From assembly GCA_964019335.1 (NCBI GenBank), contig OZ025718.1, positions 1 to 64,000 on the forward strand: a DNA stretch of 64,000 nucleotides, given 5' to 3'. Each line of letters begins with the position of its first letter. Position 1 is the stretch's first letter. The notes under the pieces are model-generated. The model was not told where the DNA came from. It ran no database searches and worked only from the letters and a program-made list of their open reading frames with translations. Of the stretch, positions 11,192-22,788 are shown in pieces. The translations under genes and the position numbers were made by a program. This DNA comes from Diplonema japonicum (Eukaryota; Protista; Euglenozoa: Diplonemea).

Positions 11192-12644
11192 CTAAAGTCT
11201 CCTTTTCTTGTGTCGTGATTTTATTTGCTTCGAAAGTGCTTTCGGGTTCTCCCCCAGACCCGACAGGCCTGCCTTGCCCTTCTTCTTCTTCTTGCGTGGC
11301 ACCATTACACCATGCTGCTTCGCATTCTTTACAACAGTCTTCAGCGCCTTGTCGTCTCCCTTCTCAATCGCCTTCTTCACCTTTCGCTGTGCAACTCGCT
11401 TCTGTTTTGCGTCTTTCATCTTCTTGGCTTGTGTGTCAGCCTTTTCACGGTTGCCAAGTTCAATCTTTTTCTTCTTCTGCTGTCGCAACTCGTACACTTC
11501 CTCGTCTTGGCTGATCTCTTCAAACTCTTCGTGCTCGTCCACCTGTTGTGTTCTTGTTTCAATTGCGTGAATACCTGTCCGATAAAGTTGCTCAGCTCCT
11601 CCATCATCTTCGAGAGTTGACCTCTGTTCTGGTCCTTTGTCTCCTCATCGACAACAGACATCTCCAACGCAGGCATCAGATCCTCCCATTCGATCTCCGC
11701 CAGCCAGTCCACCACTGCATCCGACTCCTGTAATGAAAGGGTAAAGCTACTTCAATACAAGAATACCTTAAACCCACCGAGCATCTTCGTCCAAATGTAG
11801 TCATAGACTCTTTCGCAGTGGTACTTGCTTGCCGTAGTCAAAACAGGCAAGATCAGCTGGAAGAACATCGAAGAGAAGTCTTGAGCAGGCATCTCTACTG
11901 CAACACACTCCTCAATCAACACGTCCTTGAGAAACAATTTCATTGACATTAATACAATTAACATACTGTGATGTGACTGGCAACACCAGTGATACCCTTG
12001 TCGTACAAGTCTAGCAAAGGTTGGCAGAACGACGCCAGGGCAATGTCATATTCGTCCGTATCTCCAAGCTCTTCTTTTGCCTCCATCTGCGCCCTGAGCT
12101 GTCTGTTCACCAAGCGCCTCATGAGGGAGTAGAATTTGTCCACTCGCCACTTGTCAATAAGTGACCACTCGCGCTGCATGCACTCCCATCCTCGAGCGAT
12201 CCACTCAGAGCGCAGCTTCCATGACTTTATTGTCCTGGATACGGTGGTTTATGGTAGTGGTGCATACATGGTTAGGTCGGCAATCCTTTCGGCACAGTCC
12301 AGTTGCACCAACGGCTTATCCGAGTGCCACATGCAGTAGAATAAACCCCTCCACAGCTTTGCGTATTCCTGCGACAGATCGAAGTCATGATCTTCAGTGT
12401 CCTCCAACCACCTCAGCAAACGGTGGATGTCTTCCAGTGCTTGGTCTCTGATCTCTATGTCGTGTGCCGCAAGTTCCTAAAAATAAGTGGCAACATTCTG
12501 TTAACACACCTTGCAAGCATCTTCCGCACGCTGGAACAACTGCGAGTCGGGCTTCGACGGTGCCACATACGGCCTCTTCAACACCGGTCCCTGTGCATCA
12601 CGCAGGGACTTCTTGAACTCTGTCTTCTTCTTGATTTTGACCAT
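11192..12644 (-). CDS. RRP1: Ribosomal RNA processing protein RRP1/Nop52 family, 6 exons
   Basis: KLWRGLFYCMWHSDKPLVQ and REWSLIDKWRVDKFY signature motifs. Introns 12477-12509, 12235-12267, 11926-11966, 11728-11766 and 11543-11574 restore the frame. Lys-rich tail. Confidence 0.92.
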
Positions 12645-12688
12645 TTTAACCTGAATAGATAATCACTACGTTTAAAAAACAACTAATA

Positions 12689-13736
12689 TTAAGGCGGTGG
12701 GGCCGCGTGCGGCATGGCACGCGACCCGTCACATGGGAAGTGCATGTGGGTGGTGGTGGGTTGTTGCTTTTTAACACCCACCTCCGGTATTGCTGGTGGC
12801 GAGACGTGATTCTGCTGCTCAAGATTTAAATTATGTAACAAAACTCCGGGAACCGACTCTGTTCTGCCGTAGTCAGAAACTTTGACCTGGTCCCACGAAG
12901 GGTTGTCAGTCCCAAACTCTTTTAGGACGATAAGCCTCTTATGGAACAAGGACATACACCTCGCTGCCCATTTCTTTGCTTTTCTCCTGTGGTTCGGGTC
13001 TAAACCAGGCCACTCGGCTGCCTGGGTTGCAACATGAAGAAATGCGGACAGTGAAGGGCGTGACCGGAAGGCAACGCCGTCCACAAGCTCTGTGCAACCA
13101 GAGAGCCACAGCTTGGAGTGAACCGGTTCTGTCTTTCTGTACATCATTCGCACAGCTCCCCATATGAGAAGGCGCTCTGTGAGTGTAATGGGGGTATCTC
13201 GAAAGTCATTCAGCATCTCAGAGAACTTCTGCACAGCATCTTCCGAGTCGCTGTGGACCTCCAGCTCCCTGCAGACGCAAAAGACCTGTCTCGTGGCGTC
13301 TCGCCAGTCATCATCATGGTCAGGGTCGATCCCGTCACTGTCGTCCGACGAGCAATTGAACATCGCGTCCTCCGTCTCCATCCACGTCACCTTCTTCTCC
13401 AGCGTCTGCTCCTTGCGTTCCGTCTCTTGGTCCATTTGCTTGAACACCCATTTGTGGCTGAGCTCGGTGAGCTTTATCACCTTTTCCTTGTAATTTACAT
13501 TCGTGTCCTGAAGTAGGTGATGCATGTGCTCCAGATCGTCGTCCGCACTACTCACTTTAACGTTCTTTGTGTACTTAATGTCCAAGATCTCTTCTGGAGG
13601 TACAGGTGGCATCTCTGGACCGCTCCATAGATGGCTGCAAAAGAGATATTATTGGTTATTGTGCATACCACTCGTGCTCCGCTTCATTGTCTCTCGTCAT
13701 CACCTCCAGTTGTTTTTTTAGACTCCTGAGCGACAT
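12689..13736 (-). CDS. Hypothetical protein, 2 exons
   Basis: 307-aa ORF extended in frame to ATG 13736 by intron 13635-13668 (34 nt). Confidence 0.75.
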
Positions 13737-13798
13737 GGCGCCTTGCGCATGTGTATCTGCAGAGTGGTTATTCTTGCTGATTGATGTGATCCACATGA

Positions 13799-14292
13799 CT
13801 AGAATTTTAAACTCTTCTCCACACCCCTAGCCACTAAGAAGTACCAGGAGCAGTATTCTATCGCCGAAACTTGCTCGTTAATGGCCCAAAACCTAGGGAA
13901 TAGCATCCAGTCATCCAAAGCTGCCACGTAGCAGCTTCCCAACCACACTGCATACACAAGGACAAGCAAATATCTCAATAGGACACCTACAACAAAGGGC
14001 AAGTTTCTTTTGAATGCAGGTATTTTGCGCTGCATGTCCTCAAGAACCACCTGCTTTTCGTTCGCCTTCCGCTCAAGTTTCGAGCTTTGCGCAAATGTGC
14101 TGTATATATGAATTTTAGTTGACAAACAAACCTCGGTGTGCTGAGCTCTAAGACCTCCGCACGCATCATGCTGATCTCTTGCTCAAGTGCGATGACATCT
14201 GAGTACAAAAGACCAGCAGCAACCTTGTTCCATATCTTAGAGAGTACAAATCCTAGAGTAGCGATCGCAAGCAACACATGTGAATCAGCCAT
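13799..14292 (-). CDS. GET1: GET1/WRB-like tail-anchored protein insertase subunit
   Basis: TM1, then coiled coil (LEQEI..MRAEV..LSTPSTFAQSSKLERK), then 2 TMs. Intron 14100-14131 joins the two ORFs. Confidence 0.7.
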
Positions 14293-14354
14293 CTTTCACC
14301 TATTTGTGGTAGACAGCTATACAGCCAAGCCAATGTGTAAATACAATACAGCAC

Positions 14355-14765
14355 TCACCGTGTGAAGATGTTAATAGTAGTGCGCCCTCGGTTCGTTCGA
14401 GGGCTGTGGGTGTCATTGGTGCGCGTCGGAGAGGTGGTACCAGCAAGCAGGGCATGGTACCCCACAGTCCGTGGTGCGTCGACCCGCATGGTGGAGTAAG
14501 AAGGTTCAGCGGGCTCGACAAGAGGAAGGGTTCTTGGGACAGGTGCTAAATCTGGCATGGGAAACCTGCTGTAATACCTGTGCTGGTTCTTTTGATATTC
14601 GTCAGGCCAAGGGGGCTTGCTCCGCGCGCCGTTTCTAATAAAAGAAGGCACCTCGATGCCGCCACTCGCGGCTCTGTCAACAACTTGCTGGTATTCCCGT
14701 TCTGCGACGTTGATGTTATCGAAGAGGTAGTCACGGGTGCTCATGCACCGTGTCATCAGCGGCAT
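14355..14765 (-). CDS. Hypothetical protein
   Basis: 136-aa ATG ORF in the co-oriented cluster, with an AG 8 nt upstream. Confidence 0.6.
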   Translation of the reverse strand: MPLMTRCMSTRDYLFDNINVAEREYQQVVDRAASGGIEVPSFIRNGARSKPPWPDEYQKNQHRYYSRFPMPDLAPVPRTLPLVEPAEPSYSTMRVDAPRTVGYHALLAGTTSPTRTNDTHSPRTNRGRTTINIFTR

Positions 14766-14778
14766 CTTGGCGCCTATG

Positions 14779-15423
14779 CTAATAAACAGGTGAAGCAGTG
14801 AAAATAATAAACACTCTGAAATTAGTACAGTTCGGGGTCTTGGTATCTCTTAAAGTTGCCCAACTTGGGGCCCTGATAACGCAGGATTCTAGGATCGACA
14901 ATACCTTTTCTGTGCATCTGTGCAGCGTATTTTGTGGTGCTAGTGCTGTACATACCGTTACACCAATAGAGCTCAGCCTCCCCTCATCAGGTTCTGCTGC
15001 TTCGTCTCTATTTGCGCCCTGCGCAGCACCCGCCGACACTTCATTTCCCACTTCCCTCTGCACTCGCCTGTACAGCTTGGGTGCTGCCGAAGCCGGTTTC
15101 ACATAGTATTTCAAGGAAGCCAACGAATGTTGGATGAGATCCTTGAGCGAGTGTACTCTTCTGCTCTTCATCAGTCTGTCCGCCGTGTTCTCCTGTAAGA
15201 GCACGATATTCTTTTTTTTCCCTTCCCTTGAGCATACCGGGTTTTCAATCCCCTCTGACCGTAATATGAAAATTAGTTTCGCCCTAAAATCATCAATTGA
15301 ATCGTGTGAGTCCCACCAATAGTACTCTCTCCGCTGCTCCGTGCTACCTCGCAAGAATGCGGTCTCCTTGCGCATGATCTCACTCCGGGAGCATCTTCTC
15401 GATATCTGCAGCAGCCTCTGCAT
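14779..15423 (-). CDS. Hypothetical protein, possible mitochondrial presequence
   Basis: 214-aa ORF with Arg-rich N-terminus (MQRLLQISRR) after a CAG. Confidence 0.65.
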   Translation of the reverse strand: MQRLLQISRRCSRSEIMRKETAFLRGSTEQRREYYWWDSHDSIDDFRAKLIFILRSEGIENPVCSREGKKKNIVLLQENTADRLMKSRRVHSLKDLIQHSLASLKYYVKPASAAPKLYRRVQREVGNEVSAGAAQGANRDEAAEPDEGRLSSIGVTVCTALAPQNTLHRCTEKVLSILESCVIRAPSWATLRDTKTPNCTNFRVFIIFTASPVY

Positions 15424-15488
15424 ATTTTACCTGTGATACGTGATACGAAAGCAATTGGTGTAAATAGAATACAATACAACAGTGTATT

Positions 15489-16579
15489 CTAAGCATGAGC
15501 CTCGTGACACACATCTCTGTACCGTTCATAAAGTTCACGGTCGCGTTCTGACCATCGCACGTGGCTATCTGGTGCATTTCGGTGATAGTGCACATGGTGC
15601 CTGCTGTTTCTGTCGCACACCACTTCCACTTCCTCCTCGACTATGTCGAGCGTCCTCCCACTGTCTGTCCAATGTCTACCTGAGTGGCTCATGCCATAGT
15701 CGTACACCACACGAGGTGCAGGTTCTTCTTCTATGTACACAAGCTCCTCGTGAGGTACGGCCACGGCAGTTGGCGGGACCGTAGTGGGTTGTGGTACTGG
15801 GCTGCTGTGGTACAGCGGAGAGTCAGCTCGATAGGGCGAGGGCACTCCGGGGGGTGGTATAATCCTATTCTCCTGAGACATGGACTTCCGAGGGGTGAAA
15901 CTGGGGCTAGGGCTTTGTGTATCATATACGGTGCTATGCCTCACGGGTGATGACGAAGCTGAGTATGTATGTGTAGGAGAAGGTTGCACGCGGGCAGGTG
16001 AAGGGGATGGTGGAGGTAGTGGGAACTTAACTGCTGCAGAGCCAGGAGGAGAGTGATAAGACACGGGACGCTCTGTGGGCTTCGGGAGCAGTTCTTTCGC
16101 AGGAGTCCCTTGCCTGCTGCTATACATGCGCCTGTTGCTGCCTGCACTTTTTGGCGACTGTGGTTGTGTTAAATTAGTATTTGAGAATATGATTGCTTCA
16201 GGTGTGAGAACAGAGGAGACGTCAGAAACGCCCGCGGTTCGGCAAAACCTGATCATTTTCCAGCTGGAGGGGACAACATGCGGCCTTAACACACAAGGAC
16301 CTACTTTTTTAGATTCCCAAAATCTTCTGAGTCTTTTGAAGCAAAGAATTGTTTACCCCTTAATACCTGCGATACCGGGCGTCTTTGATCCAGTGTGCTT
16401 TCATTGGCATTCTCCTTCGTCACTGTTCCCTTGCTCTCGCCTGGAACTACAAAACCAACGCTCTTGGCTGGCACTCTCTGGGGAGTATTGCTGCCATCAT
16501 GTTCTCTTCTGGAAATAGGTGGAGACAGGGCACCGTATCCCTTTATATTTCTCCCATCTTCTTTTGAATCATTCGACAT
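15489..16579 (-). CDS. Pro/Ser-rich hypothetical protein, at least 2 exons
   Basis: Intron 16264-16304 (41 nt) joins ORF 16301..16579 to ORF 15489..16292 in frame. Confidence 0.65.
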
Positions 16580-16649
16580 TTAAATACCTACAAATAGAAA
16601 TGTAACACATATCACGGTAAATAAACTGATAAATTCCAGACTTTATTAG

Positions 16650-17456
16650 TTAAAACTCTTTGGCGAGTTTGTGGATATCTTTGTTGCGGTAGACACCTGC
16701 AACGTTGGAGTCACAGGCAGCCTTGAGGACCGCAAGGGCGAGGGTGGAGGCGTGGAGTGGCGGGTCGGAAAAGGGTGTGAGGGAGGCAACCTTGGCGAGA
16801 GTGGATGTTACGCAGCGCGGTCTATCATCGGACACTACCAGCGAGGGCCTGATTACCACTGGCCTTGCGGCATTGCCACGGCGCTTGCATATTTCAGGAA
16901 CGCCTTTCCCGTACAGCATTGCAGCCTCAACGTCTTCCTTTGCAGTAAGGTACTGACCGAGAAAGGGTGGGACAACCTTCCGCACACCCCTAGCGAGGCA
17001 CCCGTTGTCACCTACGGCCCACCCTGCCTCAACGACTGAGACAAAGATGAATGGTAGCTCGTTTTTGTTGAGCAGAGCTATAGCATGGAAAGCGCTCATT
17101 GCAGTGTTTTTAATGATATTCTCATACGTTCCCTTAGATGGGTCAGGCACAGACTGGCATCCACTGACAACCTTGTTCATCCCCACCAACATGCTCTTGC
17201 AGTCGAACAGCACACCAATGCAGTGCACAATCGCATCCGGTGCCACCTCCTTCACAAGCATCAGCACAAGACGCGCATTGCTAGCATCACCCGCACGCCA
17301 GTCGACCGCATCCATCAACGAGAAGGCGTCCGAGTGCTCGTCAGGCTTCCCCCGCCTCGTGAGCGACGTCACTTTCCAACCCTTCTCAACAGCCACTCGG
17401 CATACGTTGGACCCCACCAGGCCTGTGCCTCCAAGGACAAGCAAGTGCTTCGTCAT
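16650..17456 (-). CDS. Atypical SDR / NAD(P)-binding Rossmann protein
   Basis: VLGGTGLVG, SLTRRG, YLTAK, IRPSLV motifs. Confidence 0.9.
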   Translation of the reverse strand: MTKHLLVLGGTGLVGSNVCRVAVEKGWKVTSLTRRGKPDEHSDAFSLMDAVDWRAGDASNARLVLMLVKEVAPDAIVHCIGVLFDCKSMLVGMNKVVSGCQSVPDPSKGTYENIIKNTAMSAFHAIALLNKNELPFIFVSVVEAGWAVGDNGCLARGVRKVVPPFLGQYLTAKEDVEAAMLYGKGVPEICKRRGNAARPVVIRPSLVVSDDRPRCVTSTLAKVASLTPFSDPPLHASTLALAVLKAACDSNVAGVYRNKDIHKLAKEF

Positions 17457-17787
17457 GTCTGTAGGATTTTAGGGACTGCTAGGAACAAAGCAACGAATAA
17501 AAGTAGCACAGAACAGTTATTGAGAAAGCAGCTGCGAAGCAAGACCCCAGGAATGGGCTGAATAAAAGAGATTAGAACGAGGCAACGTGCACTAAAGAAA
17601 ACTATAAGAAAAAAAGTTTTTTAAAGTATAAAGGAGGTCTGTGTGGACGCCCTGAAAAACTAAACCCCCGGCAAAAGGCAGCATAGACTAAGTTCATCTT
17701 CATCAGAATGTCTGCATCACGAGTCGGCTTACGGTCAGGAAGTGCCAACCTGTGACTGAATCCTCACGTTCTCTTCATTTAGATCGT

Positions 17788-18432
17788 TTACATTCTCCCC
17801 AAGGTCGCGCGCACGTGACGTCTCTTTCTTGCTTGATTAAGAAGATCGCCGTCGGATACAGGCTTCTTAGAGACAATAAGGGCGCTGGGTTGGAAGGTTG
17901 TAGAAGACAACGAAGGAGCTTCAGGGTCAAGGGCATCCCCAGCAGCCGTGTCAGGATCCACTTCTTCTTTTTTAAGATCCTCTTCGTGAAGCCTCCGAGG
18001 TTTTACCCCAATAGATAGCAAGTAGTCGTAGGTGTAGGTGGTTGTGTCTGGCATGATCTCTTGGTACTTTGTCCACACAGTACTCTTCCCAGGGAGCAGC
18101 ACCAAAGGCTGCCCCTTGCCAGCATGGCCGAACTCTCTTTCGTCATCGTCTTCAAAAGCCACGATCACCGCCCGCTTCCATTTGTTTCCTTTCTTCAACA
18201 CGCGGCCCCGTGCAACATACGTTTCGCTCCTCCCCAGCACCGCATCCCCCACCTTGAATGTGTGGTTGTTCTGTTCATTCCACCCCTTCATATGTTCCCA
18301 TCTGCTACCTTTTGTTACTTTAATGTCGCACGGCTTCTGTTCGGTTTCTTTTTTCTCCTCCTTCGGCTTATTGCCTCTCAGTTTGTTGAAAAACTTCTTC
18401 ATCTCATTCTGTGGTGAGATGGTGGGCGGCAT
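17788..18432 (-). CDS. Hypothetical protein with a Tudor/SH3-like segment
   Basis: 214-aa ORF with FKVGDAVL..W..AVIV pattern. Confidence 0.65.
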   Translation of the reverse strand: MPPTISPQNEMKKFFNKLRGNKPKEEKKETEQKPCDIKVTKGSRWEHMKGWNEQNNHTFKVGDAVLGRSETYVARGRVLKKGNKWKRAVIVAFEDDDEREFGHAGKGQPLVLLPGKSTVWTKYQEIMPDTTTYTYDYLLSIGVKPRRLHEEDLKKEEVDPDTAAGDALDPEAPSLSSTTFQPSALIVSKKPVSDGDLLNQARKRRHVRATLGRM

Positions 18433-18477
18433 GGACTCTAATAACTACACTCGAGGAACCCTTCATAAAAAGGCAGA

Positions 18478-19584
18478 TCATTCCACACGCGCCTTAACAT
18501 AGCTAGCAATTCTGTTAAGACCGTCACGCCCTTCAGGTATCACTTTGCAGAAGCACGGGAAGTCGTGCCCCACATAAGGTAACACCGCAAGGGTCACATC
18601 AACACCATGCTTTCGAGCTTTTTCAGCGGCACGTGTCGAGTCGTCACGAAGACACTCTGACTCGCCAACAAGAAGCAGCATAGAAGGAAGCCCAGTGAAG
18701 TCACCGAACAGTGCGCTTACAGAAGGCGACTGAAGATCAGGAATGCAAGAACCGAGCACCGAACGCAGGACAACCTGTGTCTGGCCCGTGATTATCAAAT
18801 CGCGTTCACTGTTTTCAAGGTTGCTCTCTCCCGACATGCTCAAGTCGCAGAAAGGTGACACACCAACAGCACACAAGGGCATCTTAGATCCCCCTTCACT
18901 GAGCTTCTGCAGCACCAGCATCATAAGTCCACCACCAGCAGAATCTCCCGCGACCACAGTTTTGTAACCTTTAGACTGCAGCCACTGGTACGCAGTCACG
19001 CCATCATGGACTGCATCCTCAATACTGTTCTCAGGAGCAAGCCTATACTTGGGGGCTAGAATAGGTAGGCCTAAAGACTTAGATAGTTCCCCAAGCCATC
19101 CTCTATAGTGTTTAGGGTGCCCTGCGATGTAGCCGCCTCCGTGGAAGTACAGCACAGCTGTTGCGCTGTCCAAAGGAACACCTGGCCACGTGAACCAAAA
19201 CGAAGGTACCCCTGCGTCGACCGGAGACATGATATCCGGTCCACTGCCTAGTACGTGAGCCAAACCAGGTAAGGTTTCCTTCCTCCATGAGTTGAAAGTA
19301 GGAGACTGCGATTTCTTATTCAGTGCCATGATCTCCATAAAAGCAACAAGCTCGGGACTCGGTGCTGTGACGGCATCCAGGGACTTAGGAGGTGCACACG
19401 GCAACTGTGCTGCACGTTCAAGCAAGCCGTGCTTGTTCATTGAGCTCACCTTCCATTTGATGACCTGATCACCGATGTAGAGCTTAACGGGCTTCCCACC
19501 TTTGGCCCATTTGAGGAAGGCAAGCACGGTGAAGCACGTGGCTAGCTTTTTAGACGTTGACAGCTGCGAGAATGCGGTGCCCAT
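18478..19584 (-). CDS. HSL-family alpha/beta hydrolase (esterase/lipase)
   Basis: YFHGGGY, YRLAPE, GDSAGG, E.LRDD and GHDF motifs. Confidence 0.95.
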   Translation of the reverse strand: MGTAFSQLSTSKKLATCFTVLAFLKWAKGGKPVKLYIGDQVIKWKVSSMNKHGLLERAAQLPCAPPKSLDAVTAPSPELVAFMEIMALNKKSQSPTFNSWRKETLPGLAHVLGSGPDIMSPVDAGVPSFWFTWPGVPLDSATAVLYFHGGGYIAGHPKHYRGWLGELSKSLGLPILAPKYRLAPENSIEDAVHDGVTAYQWLQSKGYKTVVAGDSAGGGLMMLVLQKLSEGGSKMPLCAVGVSPFCDLSMSGESNLENSERDLIITGQTQVVLRSVLGSCIPDLQSPSVSALFGDFTGLPSMLLLVGESECLRDDSTRAAEKARKHGVDVTLAVLPYVGHDFPCFCKVIPEGRDGLNRIASYVKARVE

Positions 19585-19658
19585 GTTGACAGATCTGTGT
19601 GAGAACTAGCACAATGACAACAAGGTGGAAATAATAGTAATACTGTTACGTGTAAATG

Positions 19659-21623
19659 TTAGCTAGTAGGATGTGGTGGGATATACAACAAGAACTTGCT
19701 CTTGAAATACCTAGGCATCGTGAAGCACGGGTTGTAAGCTGCAATCCTGTGTGCAGTTTCAAGTGCCTCGTAAACGGCAGCTCGTTGTTGCAGATGTCGT
19801 ACAAGCGACAGAAGCTCTGCTGAGAGATCGCCTTCAGCACCGGAAGGTACCGTTAGGAAGGTGTGTGGTTTAAAGACGGATGCTGAGTCATGCAGCAAGG
19901 AATGTAAAACCTCAGGCGTGACCAAATAGAGGGAGTCCGAAGTGTCCAAGTACCCATTCATGTTGAGGTAGGGCTTGTCGAGCTTCAGGTTGTCGAACTG
20001 GTCGCCTTTCCCCTCTTCAAAAGGCACCACAACTGACCGCACCCATGCACAGTACACTTTGAGCTTCTCCCACGACCGCCACAGCAGTATTGCTAGCGTA
20101 TTTCCCTGGAGCGCTAGGATGTAGAACCTCAGCTTCATTCTGTGAATAGTGACAACGTGCATTCTCCTGTTTTGCTTTGCTACAGACTCTGCAAACTCAT
20201 CTCGCCACTTTCCCCACATTTTCTTCACGACTACTTCTTTACGGCACGCCAGCAGCCTTTTCTTCAACTTCTTCAGTACGACACGGTGCTGCAGGCGCTC
20301 CACAAACACACCCACCCAACGCCGACACCTTTTGTGAAACATCTGTGCCACAGAGTAGTTCTTGTGCCAAATACTGAGGGCACATTTGCCCAGATGGTTC
20401 ATCGTGAACTCTACTTCTAGCGTTGCAAGCCTTTTCGTCTTTCTGAGAAGTGCAACTGTTGCCTTCCATTTCCTGAACGTAGAAAGCTTTCTCCACACTT
20501 GTTCTGTCACCAGCAGCATAAGAGCGTTGCATTCAGCGGCACATAGTTGCGCGTAGTAGTGGTCCCACTGTGGCAGTGCATTATCTCTCCACATGGGGTC
20601 AGGCTGATGCAGCTTTCTTGTGGTCATCAGTGAAACATATCTATTCCACATCAACAAACACCTCCTGCAAGTTGCCATCTGTAGAATCTTCCTTAATTTT
20701 TCACACAATTGCACATGAGCTGTCTGTAGCACACAAGCATGATGTGCTATGCTCTTGAGCCCCCAGCGTAGCAGAGACCTCTTCCTGAATAGGAGCACTT
20801 TATACTCTGTCTTCCACACTTTATATGCCTCTCCCAGAACTCTGCCCTTCACCCACGATAAAAGCTTCTGCTGTCTTCCTTTTTCTGCAAATACTTCCCT
20901 AGTCCTGTTGATGTTTTGATACAGGTGCATGCCCACTGTGATCCCCATGCCGCAGTCAGAGATACGTCTTGCGCGTCGTGGTATGGCAGTTTCCGCAGCA
21001 GGCTCGTCCCCAACTGGTCTCTCTGTGACGGGCCTCTTGTGTTGCCTGCTGACATGCACATCGCGCTTTGTTCGAAGCACTGCAAATGTAGGTGCTGTTA
21101 AGTCTGTCAGTTCCCGTTCGATGTCGGTCACGGCTTTCGTGTGCGACTGGAGTTCAAGCTGCTTTGCCTCTATACATGTCGGGTTGCTCAGTGCCTCGGC
21201 TGCCTCGCACTCTAGCTGGCATTGAACCAAAGAGCTGCGTGCATGTACCAAGGCAGCTTGCAGTACTGCACGAAAGCCTTTTGTCCCGGATTTAGTTGTA
21301 CCCCTTGACGAAAACAGTTCATGGACCTGACTGCACCTCTCTGCTGGCCGCCTGCTCTTGCTTTCATAGTAACTATTCCCGTTCTGAACCGGCTTTAGAA
21401 GCTTTCGCAATGCCGCATTGTTCTTGCTGCTGCTCTTCACATTCTGCCTGGACAGTCTGGCTATGGCGTAGGCAACACTGTGCATGTCTTTCTCGTAGTC
21501 AGTGTTCTGTCTCTCGCTAGCATCTTGTTTCTTAATACTCGTTGCTTGCGGAGCGTACTTTTTAGCTTTTGTTTTTACCTTCGCCTTCTTCCTCCTTTTC
21601 CACAAGGCTTCTATACCGCTCAT
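19659..21623 (-). CDS. Basic helical protein with Sfi1-like Trp-spaced segments
   Basis: Long ORF, first plausible ATG at 21623 after TAG. Repeated L..(A/C)..W(K/R) segments. Confidence 0.7.
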   Translation of the reverse strand: MSGIEALWKRRKKAKVKTKAKKYAPQATSIKKQDASERQNTDYEKDMHSVAYAIARLSRQNVKSSSKNNAALRKLLKPVQNGNSYYESKSRRPAERCSQVHELFSSRGTTKSGTKGFRAVLQAALVHARSSLVQCQLECEAAEALSNPTCIEAKQLELQSHTKAVTDIERELTDLTAPTFAVLRTKRDVHVSRQHKRPVTERPVGDEPAAETAIPRRARRISDCGMGITVGMHLYQNINRTREVFAEKGRQQKLLSWVKGRVLGEAYKVWKTEYKVLLFRKRSLLRWGLKSIAHHACVLQTAHVQLCEKLRKILQMATCRRCLLMWNRYVSLMTTRKLHQPDPMWRDNALPQWDHYYAQLCAAECNALMLLVTEQVWRKLSTFRKWKATVALLRKTKRLATLEVEFTMNHLGKCALSIWHKNYSVAQMFHKRCRRWVGVFVERLQHRVVLKKLKKRLLACRKEVVVKKMWGKWRDEFAESVAKQNRRMHVVTIHRMKLRFYILALQGNTLAILLWRSWEKLKVYCAWVRSVVVPFEEGKGDQFDNLKLDKPYLNMNGYLDTSDSLYLVTPEVLHSLLHDSASVFKPHTFLTVPSGAEGDLSAELLSLVRHLQQRAAVYEALETAHRIAAYNPCFTMPRYFKSKFLLYIPPHPTS

Positions 21624-21720
21624 ATCACCTATGTAAATCTTGAGTGTTGGATGGAAACAACGACATATCGCAAAACAGAACGCAACTTCGAGCCAAGCCG
21701 CACAGCACGCGACACTGAAA

Positions 21721-22665
21721 CTAATCGGTACCCTTGCTTGTGTCACACATAAAAAAAGAAGAGTCACAAGGGTGTTTTGATAGAACAGATCCCTCTAGGT
21801 CAGACAGGCACCGTATGAAGGCAGGGATGCCCCCGGACGTGAATGAGAATAACGGCGAGAGCGATGTATGTTCCACCTCTATTGGTATCAACTCATGGGG
21901 GTTCGTCTTGAGTGCTGTCTTCATTTCCTTTGGTGACGGGGGTGAGTTGTTCACCTTCGTTAAAAGGTTCCCTGGAATGATGGTGGTCCCGACAGGTTCG
22001 GTGAGCATGAAGGTGGGACTGTACTTGAGGACATCACGTCTCACCTTGTGCACGGTGGGGGCGCTGCCCGTGTTGAACAGTATCCGCAGGTGCTTCGCAG
22101 TCAGCAAGTTCCCTATTTTCTTAATTCCCTTTACCTTCGACAATGGCAACAGCACAGAGTCCACCCATGTCGCGGGAAGGGGTGTGTCGCCCATTCCCGA
22201 TAAGGGCATGGTGCTGTTCATCTCTATCGCTCGTCTGCCTCTTTTAGACAGTAGCCCTGGGTTAATGCTCATAAGCAAGCTGTAAGGGAACCACCCTATG
22301 TAACCTGTGACTGAAACATTGTCGATGGCCTTTATCCCTTGCGCCACGAACTGGTTGAATCTGGGCTCCAGGTCTTCGTATTGCTGTTGCTCTTCCTGCG
22401 TCAACTCCCGCTCACCTTTACTCTTTATCTCGTTCAACATTCTCAGCAGGTTGTCTTCAGCCCTACACCAGCTTATGACAGCACCGCACAGTCGTTGTGT
22501 AATAACCATGATGCACCCTTCTTCTTCATCTACCTTCACACCATCTTGACAAAGGACAACATCCACACCCTGTGCTGAGACGCTCACCTCACTTAAAAGG
22601 GAACTCACCTTCCAGAATGACTCAACTGAGTCGATACCTACAACTTGTATAGGGTCATTTTCCAT
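21721..22665 (-). CDS. Protein resembling the TBC1D15/17 N-terminal PH-like domain, with no TBC domain
   Basis: W.PY, PLSKVKGIKK, and PLFSFTSGG..FIRCL..D..F motifs; 314-aa ORF. Confidence 0.6.
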   Translation of the reverse strand: MENDPIQVVGIDSVESFWKVSSLLSEVSVSAQGVDVVLCQDGVKVDEEEGCIMVITQRLCGAVISWCRAEDNLLRMLNEIKSKGERELTQEEQQQYEDLEPRFNQFVAQGIKAIDNVSVTGYIGWFPYSLLMSINPGLLSKRGRRAIEMNSTMPLSGMGDTPLPATWVDSVLLPLSKVKGIKKIGNLLTAKHLRILFNTGSAPTVHKVRRDVLKYSPTFMLTEPVGTTIIPGNLLTKVNNSPPSPKEMKTALKTNPHELIPIEVEHTSLSPLFSFTSGGIPAFIRCLSDLEGSVLSKHPCDSSFFMCDTSKGTD

Positions 22666-22788
22666 GCTGCCCAGCCCTGTGGTGACTATGATGTGCGGAC
22701 AGATATAAAAAGCAACGCACTACAAAGACAGCAAGCGCGCTGTACAAACGGAACTAACTGTAAAGGGACCACGGCAGTGCTAGGTCCT

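Noticed and set aside
11192-12644. Stop-codon reassignment or frameshifting to explain broken ORFs
   Set aside because: Every break is resolved by a short GT-AG intron under the standard code.
17700-17780. Possible C/D snoRNA on the - strand (GTGAGGA..CTGA..GTGATG..CTGA)
   Set aside because: Boxes are degenerate and no rRNA-complementary guide was recognised.
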